Source: an uncultured Methanomicrobiales archaeon
Lineage (GTDB): Archaea > Halobacteriota > Methanomicrobia > Methanomicrobiales > Methanospirillaceae
Assembly: GCA_963758915.1 (NCBI GenBank)
Contig: CAVWXH010000009.1
Location: 237,712-301,711, forward strand
Direction of reading: 5' to 3'
Length of the DNA stretch: 64,000 nucleotides
Below, piece by piece: positions 19,863-29,204 of this stretch. Position numbers and translations under genes: made by a program. The notes beneath the pieces are model-generated. The model was not told the DNA's origin. It worked only from the letters and a program-made list of their open reading frames with translations, and searched no databases. Position 1 is the stretch's first letter, and every line of letters begins with the position of its first letter.

Positions 19863-21834
19863 ATGACCAAAAATTCACACTATGTACTCATCGTTGCACT
19901 GATGGTGTTGCTCGTAGCCGGTGCAGGCTTTGCCGGTTGTACCGGTACTACTCCCCAGCAGACAACCCCTGTTGCAACCGTGACCACCACCCAGCCGGTA
20001 AGCACACCTGCCGCCACGCCGGTAACCGTGGTCGCCACACCCGTAAAACCAGCAGGTACTCCACAGACCCTGCTGGTCGCCACAACAACAAGCCTGTATG
20101 ATACAGGGCTCCTCGACTATCTCCAGCCGATGTTTGAAAAGCAGTACCGGAACGAAGCTGAAGATCACTTCGCAGGGGACCGGAAAAGCCATTGAACTTG
20201 CAAAACGTGGCGATGCTGACATCCTTCTCGTCCATGACCCGGCAAGCGAAATGGCATTCATGGAGAACGGTACCGGGTTGAACCGCCGGAGCTTTGCCGA
20301 CAATTACTTCCAGATAGTCGGACCTGCCAGTGATCCCGCCGGTATCAAGGGCATGACTCCTGAAGATGCATTCAAGAAGATCATGGCTGAGGGCAAGAAG
20401 GGGACACCGGGAGTTGCGTTCATCTCAAGAGGTGACGGTTCCGGAACTCATTCCGCCGAAAAGAGGATCTGGTCAAATGCGAAGTACAACTACGCAAAGG
20501 ACGTCCAGAACTCAGGGAAATGGTATGTAGAGGCTGGAAAGGGCATGGGAGAGACGCTCCAGATGGCCAGCGAGAAAGGGGCCTATACCCTCACCGATGA
20601 AGGGACCTACCTTGCCTACAAGGGAAAACTCAACCTTGAACCGGTTGTCGCATCGGGAGATTCCCTCTTAAATGTCTACAGCGTCATGTCGGTATACAAC
20701 GCAAAACAGCCTGTTGAAAAGATCAAGGCGTCTAACGACTTCGTCAATTTCCTGATTGCACCTGATACCCAGGCAGCAATTGCAGCCTATGGGAAAGACA
20801 AGTACGGCAAGGGCCTCTTTACACCGATGTCCGCAGGAGTGCCAAAAGGCATACCCGCAGGTATCCCGGTTGATTATACAACACCTGCCGTTGCGACAAA
20901 ACCACTGATCGTCTTCAATGCAGGAAGCCTCACAAACTCGTTCACCAAACTTGCAGTTGTCTATGTGAAGGCGCACCCTGACACCGATGTCCTGATCTAT
21001 TCCGGCGCGAGCAGCGCCATGATCGACAAGATCACAAAGAACGGGGAGAAGGCAGACATCCTTGCCAGCGCTGACGGCGTACTGATTGAAAAACAGATGT
21101 TCCCGAAATATGCGGATTACTATGTCAAGTTTGCAAAGAACTCAATGGTCCTGATGTATACGAACAAGAGTGATTATGCAGGTGAGATCACTTCAGACAA
21201 CTGGTACAAGATTCTCGGGGCTGACGGAGTTACACTTGTTACCAGCGACCCGAATACAGATCCCGGCGGATACCGTGCATACCAGACCATTAAGCTTTCA
21301 GAGCGGTATTATGGTCTTGATAACATCTTCAGCACTATCGTAGGATCACACAGCAAGATCACATCATCGGCTGTAGATGGGGCATATGTAATCGACGTAA
21401 CAAATCCTGCCCCGGATGGCAAAGGCCTGATCATTGCAGTAACCGGACCGAAACCCATTGACATTCTGAAAGCGGGGAATGCGGATTACTACCTCGGCTA
21501 CATGAACACTGCCGTGGAGAACAAGGTATCATATATCACCCTGCCTCCAGAGATGGACCTGTCTGACCCGAAGATGGCAGACAAGTATGCCACGGTGAAG
21601 GTAAAACGGAACCTCGGCACTGGCACAACCACTGAAGCGGGAATACCGATTGAGTACGGTATTACGGTCCCAACCGTTGCAGTCAACCCATCTGCCGGTA
21701 TCCAGTGGATCCAGTTGCTCCTCGATAGTGAAGGCAAGGCAATCCTGAATGGAAACGGCCTGCCACCCATTGTCCCACCAAAAGGAATTGGAGCAGTCCC
21801 GTCATCCCTCATGCCACCCGTGGTAAAGAGCTGA
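19863..21834 (+). CDS. tupA: TupA-WtpA/ModA fusion tungstate-binding lipoprotein (+1 frameshift near 20147)
   Basis: Lipobox AGC, Thr/Pro linker, ATTTSLYDTGLL, GTGKA, SRGDGSGTH, GMGETL (TupA). Then AGSL...ADILASAD...SDPNTDPGGYR (WtpA-like). Removing one C in TACCGG restores the frame. Confidence 0.85.
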
Positions 21835-21844
21835 TAGGGCAATC

Positions 21845-21854
21845 TTTTTTTTTT
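21845..21854 (+). terminator. Oligo-T archaeal terminator
   Basis: T10 run about 10 bp after the tupA stop. Confidence 0.5.
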
Positions 21855-22038
21855 ATTTCGTATGCTCCTCGCGCGCGACTGATCAGGTACCCTGAAATGG
21901 CATTTCCGATTCGTATACAGGAGAACGACCAGGGGGTCCCCTGCAAGGCCCGGGTAATGATGCTAGGTATAATATGGCTTAAAAAGGAACCTCTTAAACA
22001 GGAAAATAACTCTTCCGAACCTGGAGGTGAAGTGACCC

Positions 22039-23133
22039 ATGGAAATATCTGAACCTGTCATTGGAATGTCGGAAACTGGCTCGTCTTGTGAAATAACGAA
22101 CGGCTCCAGTTTTTGCGTAACGCTGAAGCCGGGAGGGCTGACTGAAAAAATTGTCAACCGGTCTCCCAAACACTACCTTAGTGCGGTTGTTGACGCATCT
22201 GTTGCCTGGGTCGACTTTACCACGAAGGAACTGGAAGTTGAGATAGAGATTATCGGCCCTGCAATGGGGTTCCAGAAAATTGACTACCAGAAAATTTTTT
22301 CAGGTTTTTATTCCTCGTACGAGGACTACGATGACGAGCTCGGAATTATGCTCCCGGCAGTCGCCATGACCGACGATGACATTCTGGTGCGCCCGATTAT
22401 CATCCTTATCCGAGGGAATACAATCGTCACCGTGCATAACGAGGACATCAACCGGCTCCTTCAGTTCTCCCGTTATGCCCAGCCTTTCCTGAAAAAACTG
22501 AATGCGGACAATACGCCGGATAGTATCACGCTTGTGCTTGAACGGATTATTGATGAAAACAATGACCGTAATTTTGAATTCCTCCGTGGGATTGAGGCAC
22601 ACGGGGACAGCATCAGTAAGGCATTAATCGAGGAAAAGATGGGCAGGCAAAAGATTGCCCGTGATATCTATAATATGAAGCATATCCTGATCGATTACCT
22701 GAATGTCCTCTGGGCAACGAAGGACGTGACAGAATCGCTCCGTTATGGGGATTCGGACCTCATCACCGACGACGAACACCTCCTTGGGAGGATTGGGATA
22801 CTGTCGAATAACATCGACCGTCACATCGAACTGTCCGAGCAGATGTCAACAGTGCTCGCATCCGGCCTTGAAGTGATGCAGAGTATCTACAATAACCAGT
22901 TGCAGAGCCTGAACAACCGGTTTGCCCTGGTAACAGCCTACCTGACGGTGCTCGGCACGGCATTCCTTGTCCCGAATACTATCGCGACTATTGCCGGCAG
23001 CGGGGTGATGGAAGGTACGATGGCGGCGCAGTGGTGGTATATACCACTGCTTGTTCTCTCAACAATCGTGGCAACACTGGCTTCGTTCCTCTGGGTGCTC
23101 TATGTCTGGAAACGCCGGAAAGACGATGTATAA
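22039..23133 (+). CDS. CorA-family divalent cation transporter-like protein
   Basis: Long soluble helical funnel region plus two C-terminal TM helices (LTVLGTAFLVPNTIATIAG). The GMN motif is absent. Confidence 0.75.
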   Translation: MEISEPVIGMSETGSSCEITNGSSFCVTLKPGGLTEKIVNRSPKHYLSAVVDASVAWVDFTTKELEVEIEIIGPAMGFQKIDYQKIFSGFYSSYEDYDDELGIMLPAVAMTDDDILVRPIIILIRGNTIVTVHNEDINRLLQFSRYAQPFLKKLNADNTPDSITLVLERIIDENNDRNFEFLRGIEAHGDSISKALIEEKMGRQKIARDIYNMKHILIDYLNVLWATKDVTESLRYGDSDLITDDEHLLGRIGILSNNIDRHIELSEQMSTVLASGLEVMQSIYNNQLQSLNNRFALVTAYLTVLGTAFLVPNTIATIAGSGVMEGTMAAQWWYIPLLVLSTIVATLASFLWVLYVWKRRKDDV

Positions 23134-23194
23134 AGATTTGAGAGACTTTTCGTGAGGGGGGGAAAGTTTGTTTCCCATCCACAATTTTAATATT

Positions 23195-23425
23195 TTAAGT
23201 AGTTTGGGATTTTCCTATTTTAGTTGCCACTTTTTCCCGTAGGTGCGGGTGGAGGTCCGGAAACCGGTAGAGCATTTGCAATGCGGTAACCGCCTCTTCA
23301 TTTCCTTTCTTCGCATAGTCACCGAGGAAGTCAACGGCCTCGCGCTGGACGTCATTAATCATTGGCGCATCGGTAGTCTTCGCAATAATGTAGAGGTTGA
23401 ATACGTTTTCATCCTTGAAGATCAC
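23195..23425 (-). CDS. Small hypothetical protein
   Basis: 76-aa ORF with an AT-rich TATA-like upstream region and GGTG RBS. Converges with the CorA-like gene. Confidence 0.55.
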   Translation of the reverse strand: MIFKDENVFNLYIIAKTTDAPMINDVQREAVDFLGDYAKKGNEEAVTALQMLYRFPDLHPHLREKVATKIGKSQTT

Positions 23426-23590
23426 GGTGGATCACCAGACCATGATTATATATTATATATTAATATAATACTTATGTTAGCTATTACTAGTTTACAGAAA
23501 AAGCATCACTGCAATACCCGTATATTTCCAAGTTTAAATAGTAAACAATAAGGTAATGTAAAACGGGTTTTAAAAAAACACGGATACACC

Positions 23591-24730
23591 ATGCAGGAAC
23601 AGCAGGCACCCGGAATACAATTCAACCTGTCTGAATTAGCGGGTGCGTTCGGGGACTTCGGGATAATAGTCCCCCTGATGTTTGCGGTTGCAGTGGTCTG
23701 TAAGCTTAACCTCGGTATCATTCTTCTTTTCTTTGGGATCTGGTTTGTCGTTACAGGAGTTTTCTACCGGTTGCCGGTTCCGGTTGAACCAATGAAGGTG
23801 ATTGCAGTTGTTGCGATATCCGGGGCTCTTGCGGGACCTGAACTTGCCGCAGCAGGAATCCTACTTGGGGTCCTCTTCTTTTTCCTCGGATTCGGCCGGT
23901 GGATGCAGGTTATTGAGCGCTATGTACCACCTGCAGTTATCAGGGGCATTCAGCTAGGTCTTGCACTCCTACTCCTTAAGGCAGCAGGGGACTTTTTACT
24001 TAAAGACCCCGGTTTCTTTGTATTTGGTGTGGGTGTCATACTTCTTGTTTTCGTTATCTCGTACGTGCGGAAATTTCCAGACCTTTCCGCACTCATCCTT
24101 ATGATTATCGCAGGAGCAATGGGGGTGTTTCTTTACGGGGTGCCAGAGATATACCTGATCGGGATGCCTACCCTAATGATCCCGGGTATATCGGATTTTA
24201 TCAGTTCAATCCCAGAACTCGTGCTTCCGCAGGCGCTGATTACTATCACGAATGCCATCCTTGCGACCTCCCTTCTTTCAAAAGACCTGTTCGACCGCGA
24301 AATCCCCCCTGAGAAACTTTCAAGGACAATCGGGGTCATGAATATCATTTCAGCCCCTTTTGGAGGGTTCCCGATGTGCCATGGTGCAGGTGGCATGGCC
24401 GCACAGTACCGCTTTGGAGCGAGGACTGGCGGTTCGAATATTTTTGCCGGAATCATCCTTCTTATCATCGCAATATTTTTTGCAGGGCCTGGATTTCAGC
24501 AGCTGATTTCACCCGGAATATATGGAGCCCTGCTCCTCTTTGTCGCTATCGAGATGGGAAAGCACGGGTTAAAAACAGACTCCCTGCCAGTCACCATCGT
24601 TACCGGCGTCCTTGCATTACTCTCTGTCGTAGGTGGATTCATTGCCGGGATGGTCCTCGCGTACCTGATGAAATGGAACGGGGAGAGAAAACAAAAGGGG
24701 AAAGATATCACACCACCCCAGACCCCATAA
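23591..24730 (+). CDS. MOT1-family (MFS_MOT1) molybdate transporter
   Basis: ELAGAFGDFG..VP, PVPVEPMK, PMCHGAGGMAAQYRFGARTG, multiple TM helices. Confidence 0.9.
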   Translation: MQEQQAPGIQFNLSELAGAFGDFGIIVPLMFAVAVVCKLNLGIILLFFGIWFVVTGVFYRLPVPVEPMKVIAVVAISGALAGPELAAAGILLGVLFFFLGFGRWMQVIERYVPPAVIRGIQLGLALLLLKAAGDFLLKDPGFFVFGVGVILLVFVISYVRKFPDLSALILMIIAGAMGVFLYGVPEIYLIGMPTLMIPGISDFISSIPELVLPQALITITNAILATSLLSKDLFDREIPPEKLSRTIGVMNIISAPFGGFPMCHGAGGMAAQYRFGARTGGSNIFAGIILLIIAIFFAGPGFQQLISPGIYGALLLFVAIEMGKHGLKTDSLPVTIVTGVLALLSVVGGFIAGMVLAYLMKWNGERKQKGKDITPPQTP

Positions 24731-24799
24731 CAAAAACTGTTCGCTTAACATTTTTATCTGGTTAAGTAGTAGTATAGAGGAAGAACCGGACGTGACCAT

Positions 24800-25675
24800 A
24801 TGGATAATGAACGACCAATCCAATCATCCAGTGACCAGTGTTTTGATACTATCGACTGGATTAACGTCTGGAAGGAGAGGAAACTCCGGCAGCTCGCAAC
24901 ACCGCACTACCAGAATAGTATCGATTTCTGGTCTGACGAAGAGAATGTCAGGCGCCTGTATCTCTACGACAAGAAAGGGAGAGCAACGCTTGTCATGGAG
25001 CAACTGGGTGGCATAAAGATCTACCCGGGTGCAAAGGTCCTTGATATCGGTGCCGGGCCGGGCACTCTTGCAGTACCTCTCGCTCGAAGGGGCTGTAAGG
25101 TCACCGTAGTTGAGCCTTCACCGATGATGGTGTCCGCACTCAGAGAGTACCAGGCTTCAGAGCAGGTGGAGGATATCCGCATTATTGAGAAGAGATGGGA
25201 AGATGTGACGATCGAAGAGCTGGGGGGGCCGTTTGATATTGTCATTGCATCATATTCGCTCTCGATGGTGGACATTGGAGAGGCAGTCCGGAAAATGGAT
25301 ACCGTCTGTTCAGGTACGGTCTACCTGTTCTGGTTCTTAAAGCCGTCACCATCTTCGGAGATCCTCCATCATCTCTGGCCAAAAGTCCATGGAGTCCCAT
25401 ACTATTACGAGCCGAAGGCGGACTGTCTTTTTATGGCCCTTCTCCAGATGGGGATTTATCCGAATTTTGAAGTCTTGAAATCTGATCACAGGCACCGCTA
25501 TCCCACGATTGGGGACGCAACTGCAGATTTTCACCGGCGCATGGACTGCACTGACGAACACCAGGACAAAATTATCCGGGATTATCTCCGCACAAAGTTA
25601 TCCATGATCGGGACAGAGTTCCAGCTCAGGGGTTCATCCTACGGGGCAAAAATCTGGTGGACAAAGGACCATTAA
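24800..25675 (+). CDS. Class I SAM-dependent methyltransferase
   Basis: VLDIGAGPG, VTVVEPS..M, FDIVIASYSL. Confidence 0.88.
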   Translation: MDNERPIQSSSDQCFDTIDWINVWKERKLRQLATPHYQNSIDFWSDEENVRRLYLYDKKGRATLVMEQLGGIKIYPGAKVLDIGAGPGTLAVPLARRGCKVTVVEPSPMMVSALREYQASEQVEDIRIIEKRWEDVTIEELGGPFDIVIASYSLSMVDIGEAVRKMDTVCSGTVYLFWFLKPSPSSEILHHLWPKVHGVPYYYEPKADCLFMALLQMGIYPNFEVLKSDHRHRYPTIGDATADFHRRMDCTDEHQDKIIRDYLRTKLSMIGTEFQLRGSSYGAKIWWTKDH

Positions 25676-25823
25676 TCACCGGGGATCCCTGGATCCAGGT
25701 CAGGAGACGGGAACGATCTTTCAATAGGAATTCCACACGTGAAACCCAACTTTCAGGTGGCTAAAAACCCACCGAATCATCTCATCCAGGGTTGGAATTA
25801 TATGTAACACGTGATTTTTCTGT

Positions 25824-26327
25824 ATGACCATGAAACAAACTGTGAAACCAGAATCACTCACTATTATCGGCACAATCAGTTCACCATGGAAATCAGCTGA
25901 AGGTATGCCTATTCAACCCACAGGAGCGATGGGCGTTAAGGGACGTATTGATATCTACGAGGAATACCGCCCAGGGCTCTTGGACCTTGCAGGGTTCTCA
26001 CGCATCATTCTGATCTACCTGTTCCACCAGTCAACCGGGTACGACCTGACGGTAACCCCGTTTCTTGATACCAGGCTCCACGGGGTATTTGCAACACGGG
26101 CTCCGAGACGTCCCAGCCAGATCGGGTTATCCGTGGTCAGGCTGCTCAGTGTTAATGAATCCGGGGTAGAGATCGCAGACATCGACATCCTGGACGGTAC
26201 TCCCATCCTGGACATAAAGCCATATATCCCGGAAATTGATTCATACCCTGGTGAAAAAACAGGCTGGCTTCAGGAAGCAGGGAGTATGGCTACGTCCCGG
26301 GCAGATCGCAGGTTTGCGGACCGTTGA
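25824..26327 (+). CDS. tsaA: TsaA/TrmO-family SAM-binding protein (tRNA m6t6A37 methyltransferase-like)
   Basis: GVFATRAPRRP..IGLS, DILDGTPILDIKPY. Confidence 0.88.
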   Translation: MTMKQTVKPESLTIIGTISSPWKSAEGMPIQPTGAMGVKGRIDIYEEYRPGLLDLAGFSRIILIYLFHQSTGYDLTVTPFLDTRLHGVFATRAPRRPSQIGLSVVRLLSVNESGVEIADIDILDGTPILDIKPYIPEIDSYPGEKTGWLQEAGSMATSRADRRFADR

Positions 26328-26701
26328 TAAAAAGGATGCAATTGTTCTGCCAAATCTGATGGAGACCTGTCAGGGAACCAGGGTTTCATCTTTCGGTATA
26401 GTTGTTCGGAACCTTCCTAAACGTAATCAAAATGTAACAATTCCTTTGTAAAAGGTTATGCCGGAAAAATCCATGCGGATTTCTCCCGGAAACCTATGAA
26501 GAGCTGGAGCGGGGATTACGATGATCGCTTTGGCCCTGGCTGTAGTGTCTGCCGGACCATAGGGATACAGATTAGATTACCCTGTGCCGCAAAAACCCCC
26601 AATGCGGCATAGTAGTGTTATGAAAGGTCCAATAAAAATATGTTGTTTTTAGATGATGTTAAATACAAATAGTTAATAGGGGTTTATAATCCTTCAATGG
26701 A

Positions 26702-27521
26702 TTATTCAGCACGTATCACGGTCCCTACTTTTTCACCCTTCAGGAGTTTCGGAAGATTTCCCGGGACATGTCCGTTGATGATATGCACTTCCCTGACATT
26801 CCTTGCATCAGGAAGAAGACTTACGATCATGGGTTCGAGGACCATGTCATCAAGGTCCATGGCGAGGAGTTCTTTTGCAGTAATATCGGCAATGAATTCA
26901 GCATCCGGGATTTTTATGCGGGTTTTCTGAATAAAGCCCGTTCACATTCTTCAGTAAGATGCATCGTTTCGCTCCAACAACTTCAGCCGCGAGGAACGCA
27001 CCAGTATCAGTCCGGTGAGGGGGAATGGCCCCGTGTTCACCCGGGTGCTCGTATAACCCGTACGGCGGGGTGCCGTGCATCACGGGTAATGCACCCAGGA
27101 AGAGTTGTGTTGGCAGTTCGAGGAGGTCTGCGGTATGGATACGGACACCATGCCAGGGGGCCAGCAGGATCGAGACCATGATCGCGTTCTGTTCGGATAT
27201 TTTTCCCGCAAGTTCGGCGAGCACCCCGGTAGGCATCCCGAGGTCAAGCCCGATATCCAGGATATGACGCGCCCTGACACCCCCGCCGGTAACAACCAGC
27301 ATCTGGTTATCTTTCGAAAGCCCCCCGATCTCATTTACCAGGGGAAGGAGGACCTCCCGGCCGTAGTCTATGATGCCGTGCCCGCCAATTTTAACGACAT
27401 TCAGTTCAGGCATTAACCTGAGCCTCGGTCGATTACGGTATGCGGCAAGAAGGCTTCTTCGTGAAAGGGTCTCCCCTTCTAATTTATTGACCAACTCAAA
27501 TCTTCGGTGCACAGAAATCAA
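26702..27521 (-). CDS. Molybdenum storage protein subunit-like (amino-acid-kinase/UMPK fold), frameshift near 26905
   Basis: VVKIGGHGIIDYG, TGGGVRARH, LGMPTGVL, GTPPY, IPPHRTDTGA. The C-terminal frame ends ...KVGTVIRAE at 26702. Confidence 0.8.
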
Positions 27522-27560
27522 GATATGTTTATATGCCTGAATAGTTAATAGTGTAAGTGA

Positions 27561-27583
27561 TAAACCAGTTGGTATATCAGCAG
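27561..27583. promoter_or_regulatory. Second copy of candidate operator (reverse orientation)
   Basis: TAAACCAGTTG is the exact reverse complement of CAACTGGTTTA (19788-19798), with adjacent GTATATCAG. Lies between divergent genes. Confidence 0.55.
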
Positions 27584-27592
27584 GTGCAGAAC

Positions 27593-27805
27593 ATGTTAAA
27601 AATATATGTACGGGAACGCCAGAAGGTTGGCGAAGGTGTAAAGCAGCCTAAATACCGGATTGTCGCGGTTACAGGCGGACAACTACAGATAGAGGCGACC
27701 CACTTCCGAAAGGTCGAGATCGAGCAGATTGCGAAGGATATGGGGGCCCAGGTCGTTTACATGGAACCGGTACCCGAAGAAGAGAAGCACAAATTCCAAC
27801 ACTAA
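27593..27805 (+). CDS. Small hypothetical protein (70 aa)
   Basis: AGGTG RBS, ATG 27593, followed by a T-run. Confidence 0.7.
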   Translation: MLKIYVRERQKVGEGVKQPKYRIVAVTGGQLQIEATHFRKVEIEQIAKDMGAQVVYMEPVPEEEKHKFQH

Positions 27806-27976
27806 TAATCTTTTTTTCATCACCGGTACGGCAAATGGCGCAGAACAGTGCCTGGTGAAGTACTGGTATAATCCATCGCCCGGCACCTCTCGACCATTGC
27901 GTCATGGAGGTTCATGAGTCGCATCCGGGTATGCAAGTCTTAATGGCAGTTAATCAGAATATATAATCACACTATC

Positions 27977-28339
27977 ATGGCACAGGCGCTTTCTATCGAT
28001 ATCCTTTTTGACGCGGCCATTCGGATACAGGTCCTGCAAGACCGGAATATTTCGGTCTCGTTCTCGGAACGACAAATCCAGGTAAAGTTTCCGACAACGC
28101 GGAGACTGGCAGAGTTTCTTGATGTGCCACATTACTATGTCTTACCATATTTTGCCATGATGGAACAGGAAGAGCTGGTCACACGGGCAGAACGGGTAGG
28201 TATTCTCACTACCATGAAAGGGACAAAAATTCTCGTGGGTTTGATGAAAACACATTACCGGCCGGAAGCAGAGAAAATCCTCGGACCTGAATTGTTCAAT
28301 GATATTATCAGTGCAATATCCCGCTACGGGGATCCATAG
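27977..28339 (+). CDS. GntR-like winged-helix DNA-binding protein
   Basis: FPTTRRLAEFLDV...MEQEELVTRAERVG matches the GntR HTH pattern LPxxRxLAxxLxV...LExEGLVxRxxxxG. Confidence 0.7.
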   Translation: MAQALSIDILFDAAIRIQVLQDRNISVSFSERQIQVKFPTTRRLAEFLDVPHYYVLPYFAMMEQEELVTRAERVGILTTMKGTKILVGLMKTHYRPEAEKILGPELFNDIISAISRYGDP

Positions 28340-28508
28340 ATACCCAGGCTCTGCAACGCCCAATGTCAATACAGTTTAATGTACATCACCGGAATTTACC
28401 AGAGTATTCATTACTTTCCAGAACAAATGCCAGATAGCGGGAATTGAGTATTGTTACTATTCCGGGTAATTCTCAAACAGCAAGCCCGGACCAGGAGGGG
28501 TATGTTGC

Positions 28509-29204
28509 ATGAACGATATTATTGAGGGTTTCGCCCAGGCAATCCAGTTGATCGTCACGCTGAACCCCGAGGTGATGGAGATTGCGATGAGGACCCTCAT
28601 GATATCCCTCACCGCCACGCTCCTCGCATCACTGGTGGCCATCCCGCTCGGGTGGTGGATCCATTTTCATGAATTTTCCGGCAAGCGCGTGGTCATTAAC
28701 ATCATCCAGACCCTGTATGCGGTTCCCACCGTGCTTGTAGGCCTTTTTGTCTACATGCTTATCTCAAGTTCCGGCCCCCTCGGTATGCTCGGACTCCTCT
28801 TCACGCCGGCAGGTATGATATTGGCCCAGATGCTCCTTGTTATCCCGATGATGATCGGCCTTACCATTACCGCATTTTCCGGTGTCGACCGGACCGTCGT
28901 AGACACCATCACCTCACTTGGCGCAACCGGGTACCAGTCTATGATTGCGATTATTAAGGAGGTCAGGTTTGCGGTGTTTGCAGCAATTATCCTCGGGTTC
29001 GGACGGGCAATATCCGAAGTCGGGGCAGCAATGATGATTGGTGGCAACATCAGGGGATACACCCGGGTGCTTACGACCAGCATCGCCCTTGAGACCTCGA
29101 TGGGGAACCTCCCGCTCTCAATCGCACTTGGCCTGATCCTTCTCGCCATCGCCCTCGTTATTACGGTTATGCTAAATATCGTCCAGGAGCGGCACAAGTC
29201 ATGA
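28509..29204 (+). CDS. tupB: Tungstate ABC transporter permease
   Basis: PTVLVGL...GPLG.LGLLFTP, FGRAISEVGAAMMIGGNIRGYTRVLTT. Confidence 0.92.
   Translation: MNDIIEGFAQAIQLIVTLNPEVMEIAMRTLMISLTATLLASLVAIPLGWWIHFHEFSGKRVVINIIQTLYAVPTVLVGLFVYMLISSSGPLGMLGLLFTPAGMILAQMLLVIPMMIGLTITAFSGVDRTVVDTITSLGATGYQSMIAIIKEVRFAVFAAIILGFGRAISEVGAAMMIGGNIRGYTRVLTTSIALETSMGNLPLSIALGLILLAIALVITVMLNIVQERHKS

Noticed and set aside
26702-27521. Uridylate kinase (pyrH) call
   Set aside because: The motifs (GMPTGVL, IPPHRTD) and Mo/W context fit the Mo-storage family better.
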